DNA from: a virus
Direction: 5' to 3' (one strand)
IMG/VR virus record: IMGVR_UViG_3300043446_003702
Span: 32,001-96,000 of that record
Length of the DNA stretch: 64,000 bases
A program made the position numbers and the translations under genes. Below, piece by piece: positions 18,091 to 27,634 of this stretch. A model generated the notes under the pieces. The model searched no databases, was not told where the DNA came from, and saw nothing but the letters and a program-made list of their open reading frames with translations. Position 1 is the stretch's first letter; each line of letters opens with the position of its first letter.

Positions 18091-19117
18091 CTCGTATACC
18101 AGTTGGCAACCACTAGAAGAAGTCATTGTGGGCCGTGCCTACGCACCAGACTATTTTGATTTTATTGAAAATGCGCAAGTGCGTAATCAACTACAACAGA
18201 TTCTTGCGGAAACAGAAGAAGATTTGGCTAACTTGCAAAAAACCATTGAAATGTTTGGGGCTCAAGTTCGTCGACCTAATTTACCCAACAAGCATCGTTT
18301 TCAACAAGAACAGATCAAAGGTCACGGTGCTCCACTGCCACCACTTACCCCAAGAGATTGGCAAATTACCTTGGGAGATCGATTGCTACGTGTTTTAGCA
18401 GTACAAGAACTTGATCAACTGTGTAATGAGTATGAAACTGCACAACCCGGCTCGGTGGTAAACCCACACGGTTCCTCAGGCTGGGACGAAACTTGTATAC
18501 TCAACGGCGCATCTGCCAGTTGTATAGTACGGGTGGGCCGTGATGTGTTTTTTGATAATTCAGATTTTTTAAGACCCGATCAAACACGTTGGATTGTAGA
18601 CAATGTGTTGGGATCAGAATACAGAATTCACGAAGCCATCACTGATGGACATGGCGATGCTGTATTTGCCATACTTAAACCAGGGGTACTGTTGAGTTCA
18701 AAACACGATGTAAATTTGAATCTGTCTGCTGACTTTCCTGGTTGGGACGTTTGTAAAATTTGGGATAGTTCAATATGGGCTGCCATGGAGGTAGGTAAGT
18801 TTAAGTATGAACAAAGCCCCGGTGCTTGGTATGTACAGGGACAAACACCCACACCTGAATTCACAGACTTTGTCAACACTTATCTAACTAAATGGACTGG
18901 CTTTGTTGCTGAAACTGTTTTTGATGTCAACTGCCTTGTACTGGACGAATCACATGTGATATTCAGTGCCTACAACCGAGAAGTATTTGATTATTGTCGC
19001 AAGCATAAAATTGAACCTATTATTAGTGAACTAAGGCACAGTTATTTCTGGGATGGTGGCATCAGTTGCTGCACCCAAGATATTCGCCGTCGTGGTGGAT
19101 TAGAAACTTATCTCTAG
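18077..19117 (+). CDS. Amidinotransferase (AGAT/StrB pentein family)
   Basis: NSYTSWQPLEEVIVG, PRD, RVGRD, GHGD, FDVN and GGISCCTQDIRR. Confidence 0.8.
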   Translation: MNLINSYTSWQPLEEVIVGRAYAPDYFDFIENAQVRNQLQQILAETEEDLANLQKTIEMFGAQVRRPNLPNKHRFQQEQIKGHGAPLPPLTPRDWQITLGDRLLRVLAVQELDQLCNEYETAQPGSVVNPHGSSGWDETCILNGASASCIVRVGRDVFFDNSDFLRPDQTRWIVDNVLGSEYRIHEAITDGHGDAVFAILKPGVLLSSKHDVNLNLSADFPGWDVCKIWDSSIWAAMEVGKFKYEQSPGAWYVQGQTPTPEFTDFVNTYLTKWTGFVAETVFDVNCLVLDESHVIFSAYNREVFDYCRKHKIEPIISELRHSYFWDGGISCCTQDIRRRGGLETYL

Positions 19118-19899
19118 GGCCGACCGCCTACGTAAAATTTGGCTACAGAATCATCAGGACCTGTTACAGGTGTCAAGGACAAGTCAGGTAAAAACTTAGG
19201 CCATGCCAGAATACTCATTAATCCCGAAGCACCAAAAATATTTTTAGCATTATTTTTAAAGTTGTTGGGGTTGTAGTTATTGACCTGCGCCCAATAAAAT
19301 TTGTATCTTTCAGGTGACAGCAAGTTGTATATTTCTTTCAAATGTTTAGATTCATGTGCCTCATAATATATCACTGGTGACCTTGAGGCAATGATATTTT
19401 TACAACCCTGAAGCACAGATAATTCATGACCTTCAACGTCAATTTTGATAAAGTCTGGCGGCGGCAAATCTGCGGTGTCTAATTCCACAGCAGGCACAGC
19501 AATGCCTAACTCGTCCTCTACTATACATACATTACCAAAATTGCCAAATGTATTTTCGTCATAATCATTGATGTAACATGTGGCCCAGTGATTTGAAACA
19601 GCACACTGAGCAATATCTACGTTGTCAAAAGGTGCTGTGTTTTTTTCTAATAGTGCAAAGTTTTTTGGATGGGGCTCAAATGCATAGACCTTTTTTACTT
19701 TTGAGGCAAAAGCAGTGGTATGATATCCAATATTGGCACCAACATCATAGACCACACAGTTGGCATTTAAAAAACTCAACATCAAGTCCACTTCGGCCTG
19801 ACCATACTCCCCATAATGATCCAGACTGGCACCAATCATTTCATCTGTGTCATAAAACCAAAAGTCTTGAACATATCTTGTGGTAGTTGATTTTAACAT
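19114..19899 (-). CDS. FkbM-family methyltransferase
   Basis: VYDVGANIGYHT, AFEP and IKIDVEGHE. Confidence 0.9.
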   Translation of the reverse strand: MLKSTTTRYVQDFWFYDTDEMIGASLDHYGEYGQAEVDLMLSFLNANCVVYDVGANIGYHTTAFASKVKKVYAFEPHPKNFALLEKNTAPFDNVDIAQCAVSNHWATCYINDYDENTFGNFGNVCIVEDELGIAVPAVELDTADLPPPDFIKIDVEGHELSVLQGCKNIIASRSPVIYYEAHESKHLKEIYNLLSPERYKFYWAQVNNYNPNNFKNNAKNIFGASGLMSILAWPKFLPDLSLTPVTGPDDSVAKFYVGGRP

Positions 19900-21387
19900 T
19901 TAACTTACAACCTTTACATCATACAGTGCTTGAAATCTGTCAGCATCGTTTCTATCATTGACCATGGGCTCGCCGCGTATGTTCAAACTGGTGTTAAGCA
20001 ACATAGGACAACCTGTACGAGCGTACCATGCTTCTAGCAGTCGTCGGATCCCTGATCCATCTGCCGCCACCGTCTGTACTCGACTGGTGCCATCAACATG
20101 ACATATACTAGGGTAAATGCCAGGTTGGCGACAAGCAGCGACTGATTGCATGTAAGCATGAGTATGCCAGCCAGGCTTGATGTCAAAGTACTCATCAGCC
20201 AACTCAGCCAATATGACAGGGGCGAAGGGTCTAAACTTTTGTCTGCGTTTGATTTCATTGACTTGATCTTTTATGTTAGGCCTACGTGGGTCTGCCAGTA
20301 GGCTGCGGTTTCCTAGTGCCCTAGGTCCGAATTCTGCTCGACCACTCGCAATACCAACAATGCCAGTGCCACAGAGATGATCAAGGGCATCATCAACAGG
20401 ATACCCACCAGGGATGTCATGACCCAAAAAAGCGTTAGTCCAATTAATCCTGCCACGATAGGCAAGGGCTGCGGCGCCAAGGCTACTGCCAGCATCACCA
20501 GGACAAGGCATAATCCAAATATCATCGAAAAATCTCCTTAATTTTCTATTGGCCAGGCAGTTGAGGGCCACACCACCTTGATACACAAGATTGGTTGACC
20601 ACTCAAAGTCTCTGGCCCTACGCATGACGTTGCCGATCAAGCGTTCCAACATTCGCTGCGCACTGGCAGCAATATCTACATCCTCAAGTCCCGGCATGAA
20701 TTTATTGCTTAGACCTGTGTGTAAATTTTGTTTGAACTCTACGAGATCAGGGTCATTGACCAAAATTAATTCCATGAGTTCATGATAATGATCGTCGCCG
20801 TAGGCACTCATGCCCATGGTGATGTATTCTTCGTCTAGTGGGTGTAGGCCCACACGCTGAGTAATTGCACTATAAAACAGACCCAGGCTGTGCGGATATC
20901 GTTGTGCCCACAATCGTTGATACTTTGCTCTTCCTTTTCCATCATATTCGGCTCCCCAGATTGTAATAGTGTCCCACTCACCTATGGCATCAATCACAAC
21001 CACAGTGGCACGGTCATATGGTGAAGTTTGAAAACCACTGGCTGCATGTGATAGGTGATGATTGTAATTATGATAATTTCTTACATCTTGCCAACACCTT
21101 TGACCAATTTGATCATGTACAATGCGTTTGACCGACAACTTGTTCCACTCGACACCTTGTCCTGCATACCACTGGCGCAGTTGTTTGGCCCAAGGACGTT
21201 CATAGTAGGCCACAGTGTCTATGGGATTATACTGTTCTAGCTCTTGGATCAACCCTGTGTCGATATTGGCATCATTCTTGATTCGGCTGTAGCGTTCGCT
21301 ATGGCCGGCAAACAAGATATCGCCTGATCGATTGATCACAGTGGCAGCAGCATCATGAAATCCGGCCGAGATGCCTAAAATATTCAT
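19900..21387 (-). CDS. Carbamoyltransferase, CmcH/NodU/TobZ family
   Basis: ILGIS..HDAAA, HHLSHA, DAIGE, GGVALNC, GDAG, EFGPRALGNRS, FRPFAP, HVDGTSRVQTV and NTSLN. Confidence 0.93.
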   Translation of the reverse strand: MNILGISAGFHDAAATVINRSGDILFAGHSERYSRIKNDANIDTGLIQELEQYNPIDTVAYYERPWAKQLRQWYAGQGVEWNKLSVKRIVHDQIGQRCWQDVRNYHNYNHHLSHAASGFQTSPYDRATVVVIDAIGEWDTITIWGAEYDGKGRAKYQRLWAQRYPHSLGLFYSAITQRVGLHPLDEEYITMGMSAYGDDHYHELMELILVNDPDLVEFKQNLHTGLSNKFMPGLEDVDIAASAQRMLERLIGNVMRRARDFEWSTNLVYQGGVALNCLANRKLRRFFDDIWIMPCPGDAGSSLGAAALAYRGRINWTNAFLGHDIPGGYPVDDALDHLCGTGIVGIASGRAEFGPRALGNRSLLADPRRPNIKDQVNEIKRRQKFRPFAPVILAELADEYFDIKPGWHTHAYMQSVAACRQPGIYPSICHVDGTSRVQTVAADGSGIRRLLEAWYARTGCPMLLNTSLNIRGEPMVNDRNDADRFQALYDVKVVS

Positions 21388-21485
21388 TTGTAAATAAATG
21401 GATCTCGTTTGCGAAGTTCGCGTAATTTTTTACGATAGCGTATTTCCAGTGTTACTCTAGCCCAAAGTTTGCGTATCCAATTCAT
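21384..21485 (-). CDS. 33-aa basic peptide MNWIRKLWARVTLEIRYRKKLRELRKRDPFIYK
   Basis: Read by hand; ATGA overlap at both ends; AGGAG SD; exactly fills the gap. Confidence 0.7.
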   Translation of the reverse strand: MNWIRKLWARVTLEIRYRKKLRELRKRDPFIYK

Positions 21486-22507
21486 CTCAATCTCCTTATT
21501 TGCTGTTCAGCATAGTCTGGATCGCTCCAGCAATATTCATATGTAGCCTCAGCGTCGCTAGTACGTATTTTATGTACATCAAGGTGAGCAGTAATCTGTT
21601 GCCAAATTTGATTGTAATCTAATGTGCCAAATGACTTGGATAAATTTACCTGTGCTACCTTTGGGTGCCCTATTGTAAGATTTGGATCTGCAGGATCAAA
21701 TCCGTTTTCAGTAAGCCAGGACTTAAACTCGGCAATTTTCTTAATTTGCCATTCATATGCTCCTGGATTTCTGGCCCACTCAATGTCAAAATCTCCTGCA
21801 GCCTCAGTCTGGCAACGCATATTGGTAGTTATCAATTCATCAACACTGCGCCCTTCGTCATTGAATACTTCCCAATGAGTTTTACCTACTGCTTTGTTTA
21901 CACCCACATATACTGCACCCATTTGACGATTGATGGTATCTATGCCAAACAATTCAAAATCTTCCTGATTCAATGTGAATCTTGGTGCGTTAAGCCAACA
22001 CATCAGCTGACTGGGTCTGCGCCACTCAGGTGCCTGTAGGACCTTGCGCATGCTCAGCACAAGACTTTCATACTCATGACACAACAAGTTGAGTTGACGA
22101 ATATGCCAGCGTATCCTGGCATCGGCTTGCTGCCAATAGGGACTCATGTGCCCAGAATGCCCTTGTAGATCTTCAAAGTATTTGTGTAACCAATTTAAAC
22201 GCTCATGATTAATGCCTAAATTGTCCTGTATTGTGTCGGCCACTGTGAAATGATCATTTATAATGTAACCCAAATTGGCTGCATTGATTGCGCCAATGCT
22301 GGTGTTGATTTGATCAATGATGTATTCAGCATTGCGTTTGCTTTCAGTCCAGCCCAACCAACAGTAATTTTTCTCTAGATGTAAATCATGTCGTAAAATA
22401 TCATTCAATGCAGTCAGCCATTTACGACTGAGACTGTTGTCCTCTACATCAATGTACAATGTCAGCGTGTCTGCGCCACGCAGATCTATTTCAATTCTAT
22501 CAAGCAA
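21482..22507 (-). CDS. Hypothetical protein inside the modification operon
   Basis: 341-aa ORF coupled on both sides; LN.LH.YFE and LN..CH..E helices. Confidence 0.75.
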   Translation of the reverse strand: MLDRIEIDLRGADTLTLYIDVEDNSLSRKWLTALNDILRHDLHLEKNYCWLGWTESKRNAEYIIDQINTSIGAINAANLGYIINDHFTVADTIQDNLGINHERLNWLHKYFEDLQGHSGHMSPYWQQADARIRWHIRQLNLLCHEYESLVLSMRKVLQAPEWRRPSQLMCWLNAPRFTLNQEDFELFGIDTINRQMGAVYVGVNKAVGKTHWEVFNDEGRSVDELITTNMRCQTEAAGDFDIEWARNPGAYEWQIKKIAEFKSWLTENGFDPADPNLTIGHPKVAQVNLSKSFGTLDYNQIWQQITAHLDVHKIRTSDAEATYEYCWSDPDYAEQQIRRLR

Positions 22508-23777
22508 TGTTGTTCCACCATTCTAGCACCCGGGGTCTGGTTGCCAATATTTCAGCCATGACCGTGGGTTGTGTTCGGATGCTTTCTAATTGTAACACAC
22601 GTGCCTTGCCTTTTGCAAGACCTGCACGATATTGATCAGGCCACTGCTGTTCAAATGTGGGCCGCGTTTTTAATTGTGTCAGTACATCGCGCAGTGCACC
22701 ATCTACCTCAGGTATCAGTTCATCTATCCATTCATGCAACAGGTGTTTTGGCAATGCCAAGGGACTCATTACAATGTCTGGCGAAAATGCAAAAATTACC
22801 TTGGCCAGTACGTCGACTCCGTGGGCTCTGGCGAGATGTTTAATTCGTGTAACTTCGAACATTCCGGGCAGAGTGAGCGTAAAGTCAATTCTGACTTGAC
22901 GTCGGTGACGTTGGATCTCAATTGCTTTACCAAAATTGTCAAGCCAGCGATGATACTCGAGACCTGTTCTAATGTATTCACCAATTGGGCCTGTACCGTC
23001 GAGGCTTGCACATATCTGCCAATCCCTAAGCCGCACAAGAATATCACGAAATAAATTAGTGCCTCGATAATCAACTCGGGAAAGATTTGTATTGTATCTA
23101 GCATAAACTTTGGGCCCATCTCCTAGTTCAACAATCCTGCGCATGTACCGCCAATGTTGCTCGTACATCAAGGGTTCACCACCTACCCAGTATATCTCTT
23201 CAACTCTGTGTTGTTCTACAGCGTCAGAGAATTCTTTTTCAATCACTGTGTCTTGAAATGCTGAAATATCCTGACGTATTTCTGGTTTCATCCAGGCATT
23301 TTTGAGATTGGACCAGTCAACCATTGAGTGTTGTCGCTGTTCGGTTTCCCAGGCACTGCTCAGCATATCGCCGCAGGTTCTACATTTGAAGTTACATAGG
23401 TTTGAAAATCTGTAGTCCCAACTCACAGGCAACATGGTGGTATGGCCTGTGTCGTCGGTGGTTTCCCAGATGTCAGGGTACTTATGCTTGAACAATTGCC
23501 AAAAATACGTGCGGTAAACGTCAGTGTTCAGCAACCGGTCATTGCACACTTCGCACTCAGGCAAGGTTTCGCCGGCCATCATCCTACGACGTACACTGCG
23601 CATGTGTTCACTGTTCCAATGTTCCTCCAAAGAAATAGGAATGTATCTACCAGTGCCTGCTGCTGTGTCTATGTACTGCTCAAAATTCTGTGCAGGTTCT
23701 CTTGACGCACAGCACATGCGTCGTTCGGTTTGTGGACTCAAGTATGTATGAACCCATGGTGCCATACACAAACTCAT
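22500..23777 (-). CDS. Radical SAM protein with N-terminal SPASM/twitch-like domain (subfamily A)
   Basis: CMAPW...MCC...CEVC, then CNFKCRTC, GGEP, YNTN and SLDG. Confidence 0.88.
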   Translation of the reverse strand: MSLCMAPWVHTYLSPQTERRMCCASREPAQNFEQYIDTAAGTGRYIPISLEEHWNSEHMRSVRRRMMAGETLPECEVCNDRLLNTDVYRTYFWQLFKHKYPDIWETTDDTGHTTMLPVSWDYRFSNLCNFKCRTCGDMLSSAWETEQRQHSMVDWSNLKNAWMKPEIRQDISAFQDTVIEKEFSDAVEQHRVEEIYWVGGEPLMYEQHWRYMRRIVELGDGPKVYARYNTNLSRVDYRGTNLFRDILVRLRDWQICASLDGTGPIGEYIRTGLEYHRWLDNFGKAIEIQRHRRQVRIDFTLTLPGMFEVTRIKHLARAHGVDVLAKVIFAFSPDIVMSPLALPKHLLHEWIDELIPEVDGALRDVLTQLKTRPTFEQQWPDQYRAGLAKGKARVLQLESIRTQPTVMAEILATRPRVLEWWNNIA

Positions 23778-24781
23778 TGGACAAATTTCAATATTGGTTC
23801 AAGCACAGTTTCTTGCCAGAATTTTTTAGTTAATTCTTTATCAAAAAATCTAGCACGATTATGTTCGAGCTTTTGTTTTACTATGTTTTGATTGAAACTT
23901 GATTTGTCAAACTTTATTACGATATCTGCGATGAGATTTATTCTGCGTTGAAAATCTCGTTCATTGTCATAGCTTTCGTCCCATAGCTCAGGAAAAGTTT
24001 CAAATCCTTGACTACGCAAATAAGAAAGATTGCTATGTGTACCAGCTAATATAAACGGGTGATGCGCCGCAATGGCTTTGTAAGATTTCTCAGACAAAAA
24101 CCAACTGTCGCATTCCGTCAAACTTTCGCCAACATTTTCTAAGCCGTCATCCATGTAAGTTTCTACTGTGAGTGAAAAACAAGTTTGATTGATCCAGTCA
24201 AAATTCATGTATCGTTGCCAATTACCAAAACCATAGCGATCATTGGGCAAGTATACACCGCGATTTCGATAGCTATGTAAGCTGTCGTGCAACACTGGCT
24301 TTAATTTTTCATACAAGGCATCTCTATCAGGCCTGTCATTTTGTATTTGCATAAAAAATTTATGTTGATTTGTGGGCTCTGGCACAAAAGTGTGATATCC
24401 AAAATCACGATAAGTCATTTGTTCTAATATCCAATACCAATAAGGAGTGGCCTGTATAGTTACTCCTGGGATAGTTTGTGGTTTGTGTCCTGAAATTAAA
24501 AACATACCTTGACCTGGGTGTTGCATAAATTCTTTTACTATCCATTTGTATGTCAGTGGAATATAGTGTTCGTTTTTGTCGTCATATATGATTTGATGTC
24601 CACGGTCAAGTTTATCAACTATGGTGTCATGATAAGGGCCATAATGATCATAATAAAATACTGTGTCTTGGGTATAATTACGGTTGGAATCATAGAAACT
24701 TCTAGGATAGTCTGGTGGAAACAATTGATTGATCCAGTTAGGGGCAGTATCTAATTTGTACATGAAAACTATCTCACGCAT
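23774..24781 (-). CDS. GT-B/GT10-like protein, paralog 3 (AT-rich)
   Basis: FSLTVET...LSEKSYKAI...PFILAG...LRSQGFETF..LWDESYD. Confidence 0.55.
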   Translation of the reverse strand: MREIVFMYKLDTAPNWINQLFPPDYPRSFYDSNRNYTQDTVFYYDHYGPYHDTIVDKLDRGHQIIYDDKNEHYIPLTYKWIVKEFMQHPGQGMFLISGHKPQTIPGVTIQATPYWYWILEQMTYRDFGYHTFVPEPTNQHKFFMQIQNDRPDRDALYEKLKPVLHDSLHSYRNRGVYLPNDRYGFGNWQRYMNFDWINQTCFSLTVETYMDDGLENVGESLTECDSWFLSEKSYKAIAAHHPFILAGTHSNLSYLRSQGFETFPELWDESYDNERDFQRRINLIADIVIKFDKSSFNQNIVKQKLEHNRARFFDKELTKKFWQETVLEPILKFVQ

Positions 24782-25988
24782 TTTTAACGTATCCTAATAT
24801 TTCAGCGAGTTCAGGTGCCACCTCACGCAAGTCTTGATTGCGCTTGCGATCTAGATCTGCAATCTTCATGCGTGTGATGAATCCGTCAGTTGATGCACCT
24901 GTGTTCATAAAATCAACAATATGATCAAACTCCTCACGATATTCGGGCGGCACCGTTGCTGTGCGCAAATGTTCAGTGATCACAGCCTTGGCAGAGTCAG
25001 GCAGTGTGGCAATGGAAAAGTACCATGCATCATGCATCATGTTCCAGTACACAAAATCAAACTGTTGCAGTGCTATCCAATGAGCCAGTTCGTCAATGTA
25101 GCGTACATTGAACACGTTCACAGTCGAGCAGCATTGTAACTGCAGGTTGGGCATCTTAGTTTTCAAGTATTGAAAATTTGTGATGTTGTCTAGTACCACA
25201 GCCCAATCTGCATTGGTTCGTTGATATTCAAATCTTGCACCTACATCGTCAATTGAGAATGCTACTTCTACAGTTTTGAAATGCCGCCATATTGCTTCGC
25301 CACGGGCAGGATATTGTGTACCATTGGTGTTGTAATGTATTTCAACTTGGTGAGCAATGCCACGATCAATGATGCCTTGCAACATGTCAAAGTGCTCATC
25401 AATCATGAATGGTTCGCCGCCGGTGAATTCAATATATCTAATGTATGTTAGAACACTATCAATCTGTTGCCAAAACTGAGCATTTTCTCTGGGCCATGCG
25501 CCAGCACGTAGCATTTGATATGCATGGCTGGACTTCTGTTGCTCACGTGGCAATTGATTGATTTCTTCTGTGGCAAATTGACTTGAACTCCATGAGCCGC
25601 AGATACGACATTTTAAGTTACAGATGTTGCCCAGTTTCAAATCCAAAAACATCAAAGGTTTGGCATCTGCTGTCCACTTAGTGTCCTTAATTGAATGTTT
25701 GAGTCTGTCCAAAGTGTGCATGCGTTTGCTGACTCGGCCACCACGTTCTTCATTCCAACACTTACGACAAGTTTGTGGTCGCTCACCTGCTAGAAATTGC
25801 TCACGTAGTCTACGCATGTGATTGGAGTTTTGTATGCCTGCAAAGTCAGCAGTGCTCAATTCAAACTTGTTGCCCTCATTGTCTAAGATTTCATCGTCAG
25901 CAAGACAACACGGACGCACAGTGCCAATGGGTGAGGCTTCAATGCTGATCCAAGGTAGCACACAGAATTGGCCGTGTGGTATATTCAT
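24774..25988 (-). CDS. Radical SAM protein with N-terminal SPASM/twitch-like domain (subfamily A)
   Basis: CVLPW...PCC...CRKC, then CNLKCRIC, GGEP and YNTNG. Confidence 0.9.
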   Translation of the reverse strand: MNIPHGQFCVLPWISIEASPIGTVRPCCLADDEILDNEGNKFELSTADFAGIQNSNHMRRLREQFLAGERPQTCRKCWNEERGGRVSKRMHTLDRLKHSIKDTKWTADAKPLMFLDLKLGNICNLKCRICGSWSSSQFATEEINQLPREQQKSSHAYQMLRAGAWPRENAQFWQQIDSVLTYIRYIEFTGGEPFMIDEHFDMLQGIIDRGIAHQVEIHYNTNGTQYPARGEAIWRHFKTVEVAFSIDDVGARFEYQRTNADWAVVLDNITNFQYLKTKMPNLQLQCCSTVNVFNVRYIDELAHWIALQQFDFVYWNMMHDAWYFSIATLPDSAKAVITEHLRTATVPPEYREEFDHIVDFMNTGASTDGFITRMKIADLDRKRNQDLREVAPELAEILGYVKNA

Positions 25989-27634
25989 TTCAATGCTGCC
26001 AATTCTGGAATTACATCCAAGATGTTTTCTTTTCTGATTGCATCCAACTCGTGTGTCTTGCGCCAGAATGTATCTACTAAGTGTGTGTTGTCTGTGGCCA
26101 TCATAAAAGTTATAGCTGACTCAAATCCTTGTGTGGCTCGACCCAATGAGTCGCGGTCACGTAACCACAAGATGTGATCAAAATATTTTGTAGCCAGATG
26201 TTGTTTGTATTCAGCGGGTGCAATGTCTATCCTATAATGTAAGGGATCTTGCAAGATATTTACGTTCAAATCCTGTGCACGTATCAATCCGCGTTCAACC
26301 CAGTCTCTATGAAAGTCAGGTAGGTGCCAGGCATTCATTATGCTCAGCGTTGGTGAAATATAAAAATCTACCCCAGGGCATACCTGCATCATTTCCCGGC
26401 GATTTTGTTCTACCACTGCCCAGTCTGTGCCTTTACGAATGTACTCACCACGTGCACCAGAATCATCCAAACTGGCACCCACTGCCACTGAGTCAAACTG
26501 TTGCCAATACTCAAACACACTGCGACCTTTGAGATCCGTGTGTGTAAAGTTGGTATTGTAAATCAAACGCACATCAAATTTTTTCCTATGCACCAACTCG
26601 TCCAAGATACGATAGTGTTCTTCCATCAGCAAGGGTTCACCACCAGCAAAGTATATTTGCTCTACATAATCCAAATGCGGTTCTAACTGTTCCCACATGT
26701 CTAGTTCGGTTCGACCAGCATAGTTCAACACTGTGTTGCGATCTCGCCAGTCTTCACCGGCTAAACGAGCCTGGTCCTGGTACCATTGACTGCTGAATAT
26801 ATGACCGCAACTGCGGCATTTTAAGTTGCACAGGTTTGAAAAACGAATGTCCCAATATGTCATTTCAAACTTGTTCAAGGTACCATCTGTCTGTGTTTGT
26901 GCCACACGACTGATATTATGTCCATGGTGCTTGTTTGCACTGCGTCTTCCACTGAAAAATCCATTGTCCTCTTGTTCATAACAGCGTCCACATGTGGAGT
27001 TAAATGTTTCTCTTAGCATATCTTGACGCAGTTGTTTTTGTTTGTCTGAGTTCCAAATTTCTGCAAGTGTATTAGTGCGACAATTGCCTATCAGCCCAAC
27101 CCCCATTTCTGCGTGACAACAAGGATATGCTTCACCAGTGGGATAAGCATGTAAATGTATCCAGGGATACATGCAAAATGTTTTTGATTCAGTCAACAAA
27201 AATTGTTCACGCATGGTTAAATCTGTAGCACGAACCAAATCAGTACTGTTGTATTGATATATAGACAGTTGGTCAGCAATGTATTCTTCACTGTGATACA
27301 CATCAAAAGTTATGTCAGAGGTATCAGGCCCCGATTGCCAATTTGTGCGCACATCAGGATCGTTTGTTAATACTACAGCAAAAAAATTAGAAATATCTAT
27401 TTTAAATAACCAATGCTGTAGTCGGTTCAATATTGTCGCAATGTCTTTACATCGCGTAATTCTGAATAATATGCGCTGATTGTTTTGATATGCAGGTTGA
27501 TACAATCTATGCAACTGGCTACGCAACCAAGGATCACGTTGATATATTGTTAACTGGTGCCAGTGATCAAGGTCAACTAATGCCAATACGTCAAATTGGC
27601 CTTTGTACTCAGCAATTTTGTCATCTAGTGTCAT
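25985..27634 (-). CDS. Radical SAM protein (subfamily A) with an extra ~150-aa N-terminal domain
   Basis: CMYPW...PCC...CGRC, then CNLKCRSC and GGEP; ATGA-coupled start at 27634. Confidence 0.88.
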   Translation of the reverse strand: MTLDDKIAEYKGQFDVLALVDLDHWHQLTIYQRDPWLRSQLHRLYQPAYQNNQRILFRITRCKDIATILNRLQHWLFKIDISNFFAVVLTNDPDVRTNWQSGPDTSDITFDVYHSEEYIADQLSIYQYNSTDLVRATDLTMREQFLLTESKTFCMYPWIHLHAYPTGEAYPCCHAEMGVGLIGNCRTNTLAEIWNSDKQKQLRQDMLRETFNSTCGRCYEQEDNGFFSGRRSANKHHGHNISRVAQTQTDGTLNKFEMTYWDIRFSNLCNLKCRSCGHIFSSQWYQDQARLAGEDWRDRNTVLNYAGRTELDMWEQLEPHLDYVEQIYFAGGEPLLMEEHYRILDELVHRKKFDVRLIYNTNFTHTDLKGRSVFEYWQQFDSVAVGASLDDSGARGEYIRKGTDWAVVEQNRREMMQVCPGVDFYISPTLSIMNAWHLPDFHRDWVERGLIRAQDLNVNILQDPLHYRIDIAPAEYKQHLATKYFDHILWLRDRDSLGRATQGFESAITFMMATDNTHLVDTFWRKTHELDAIRKENILDVIPELAALK

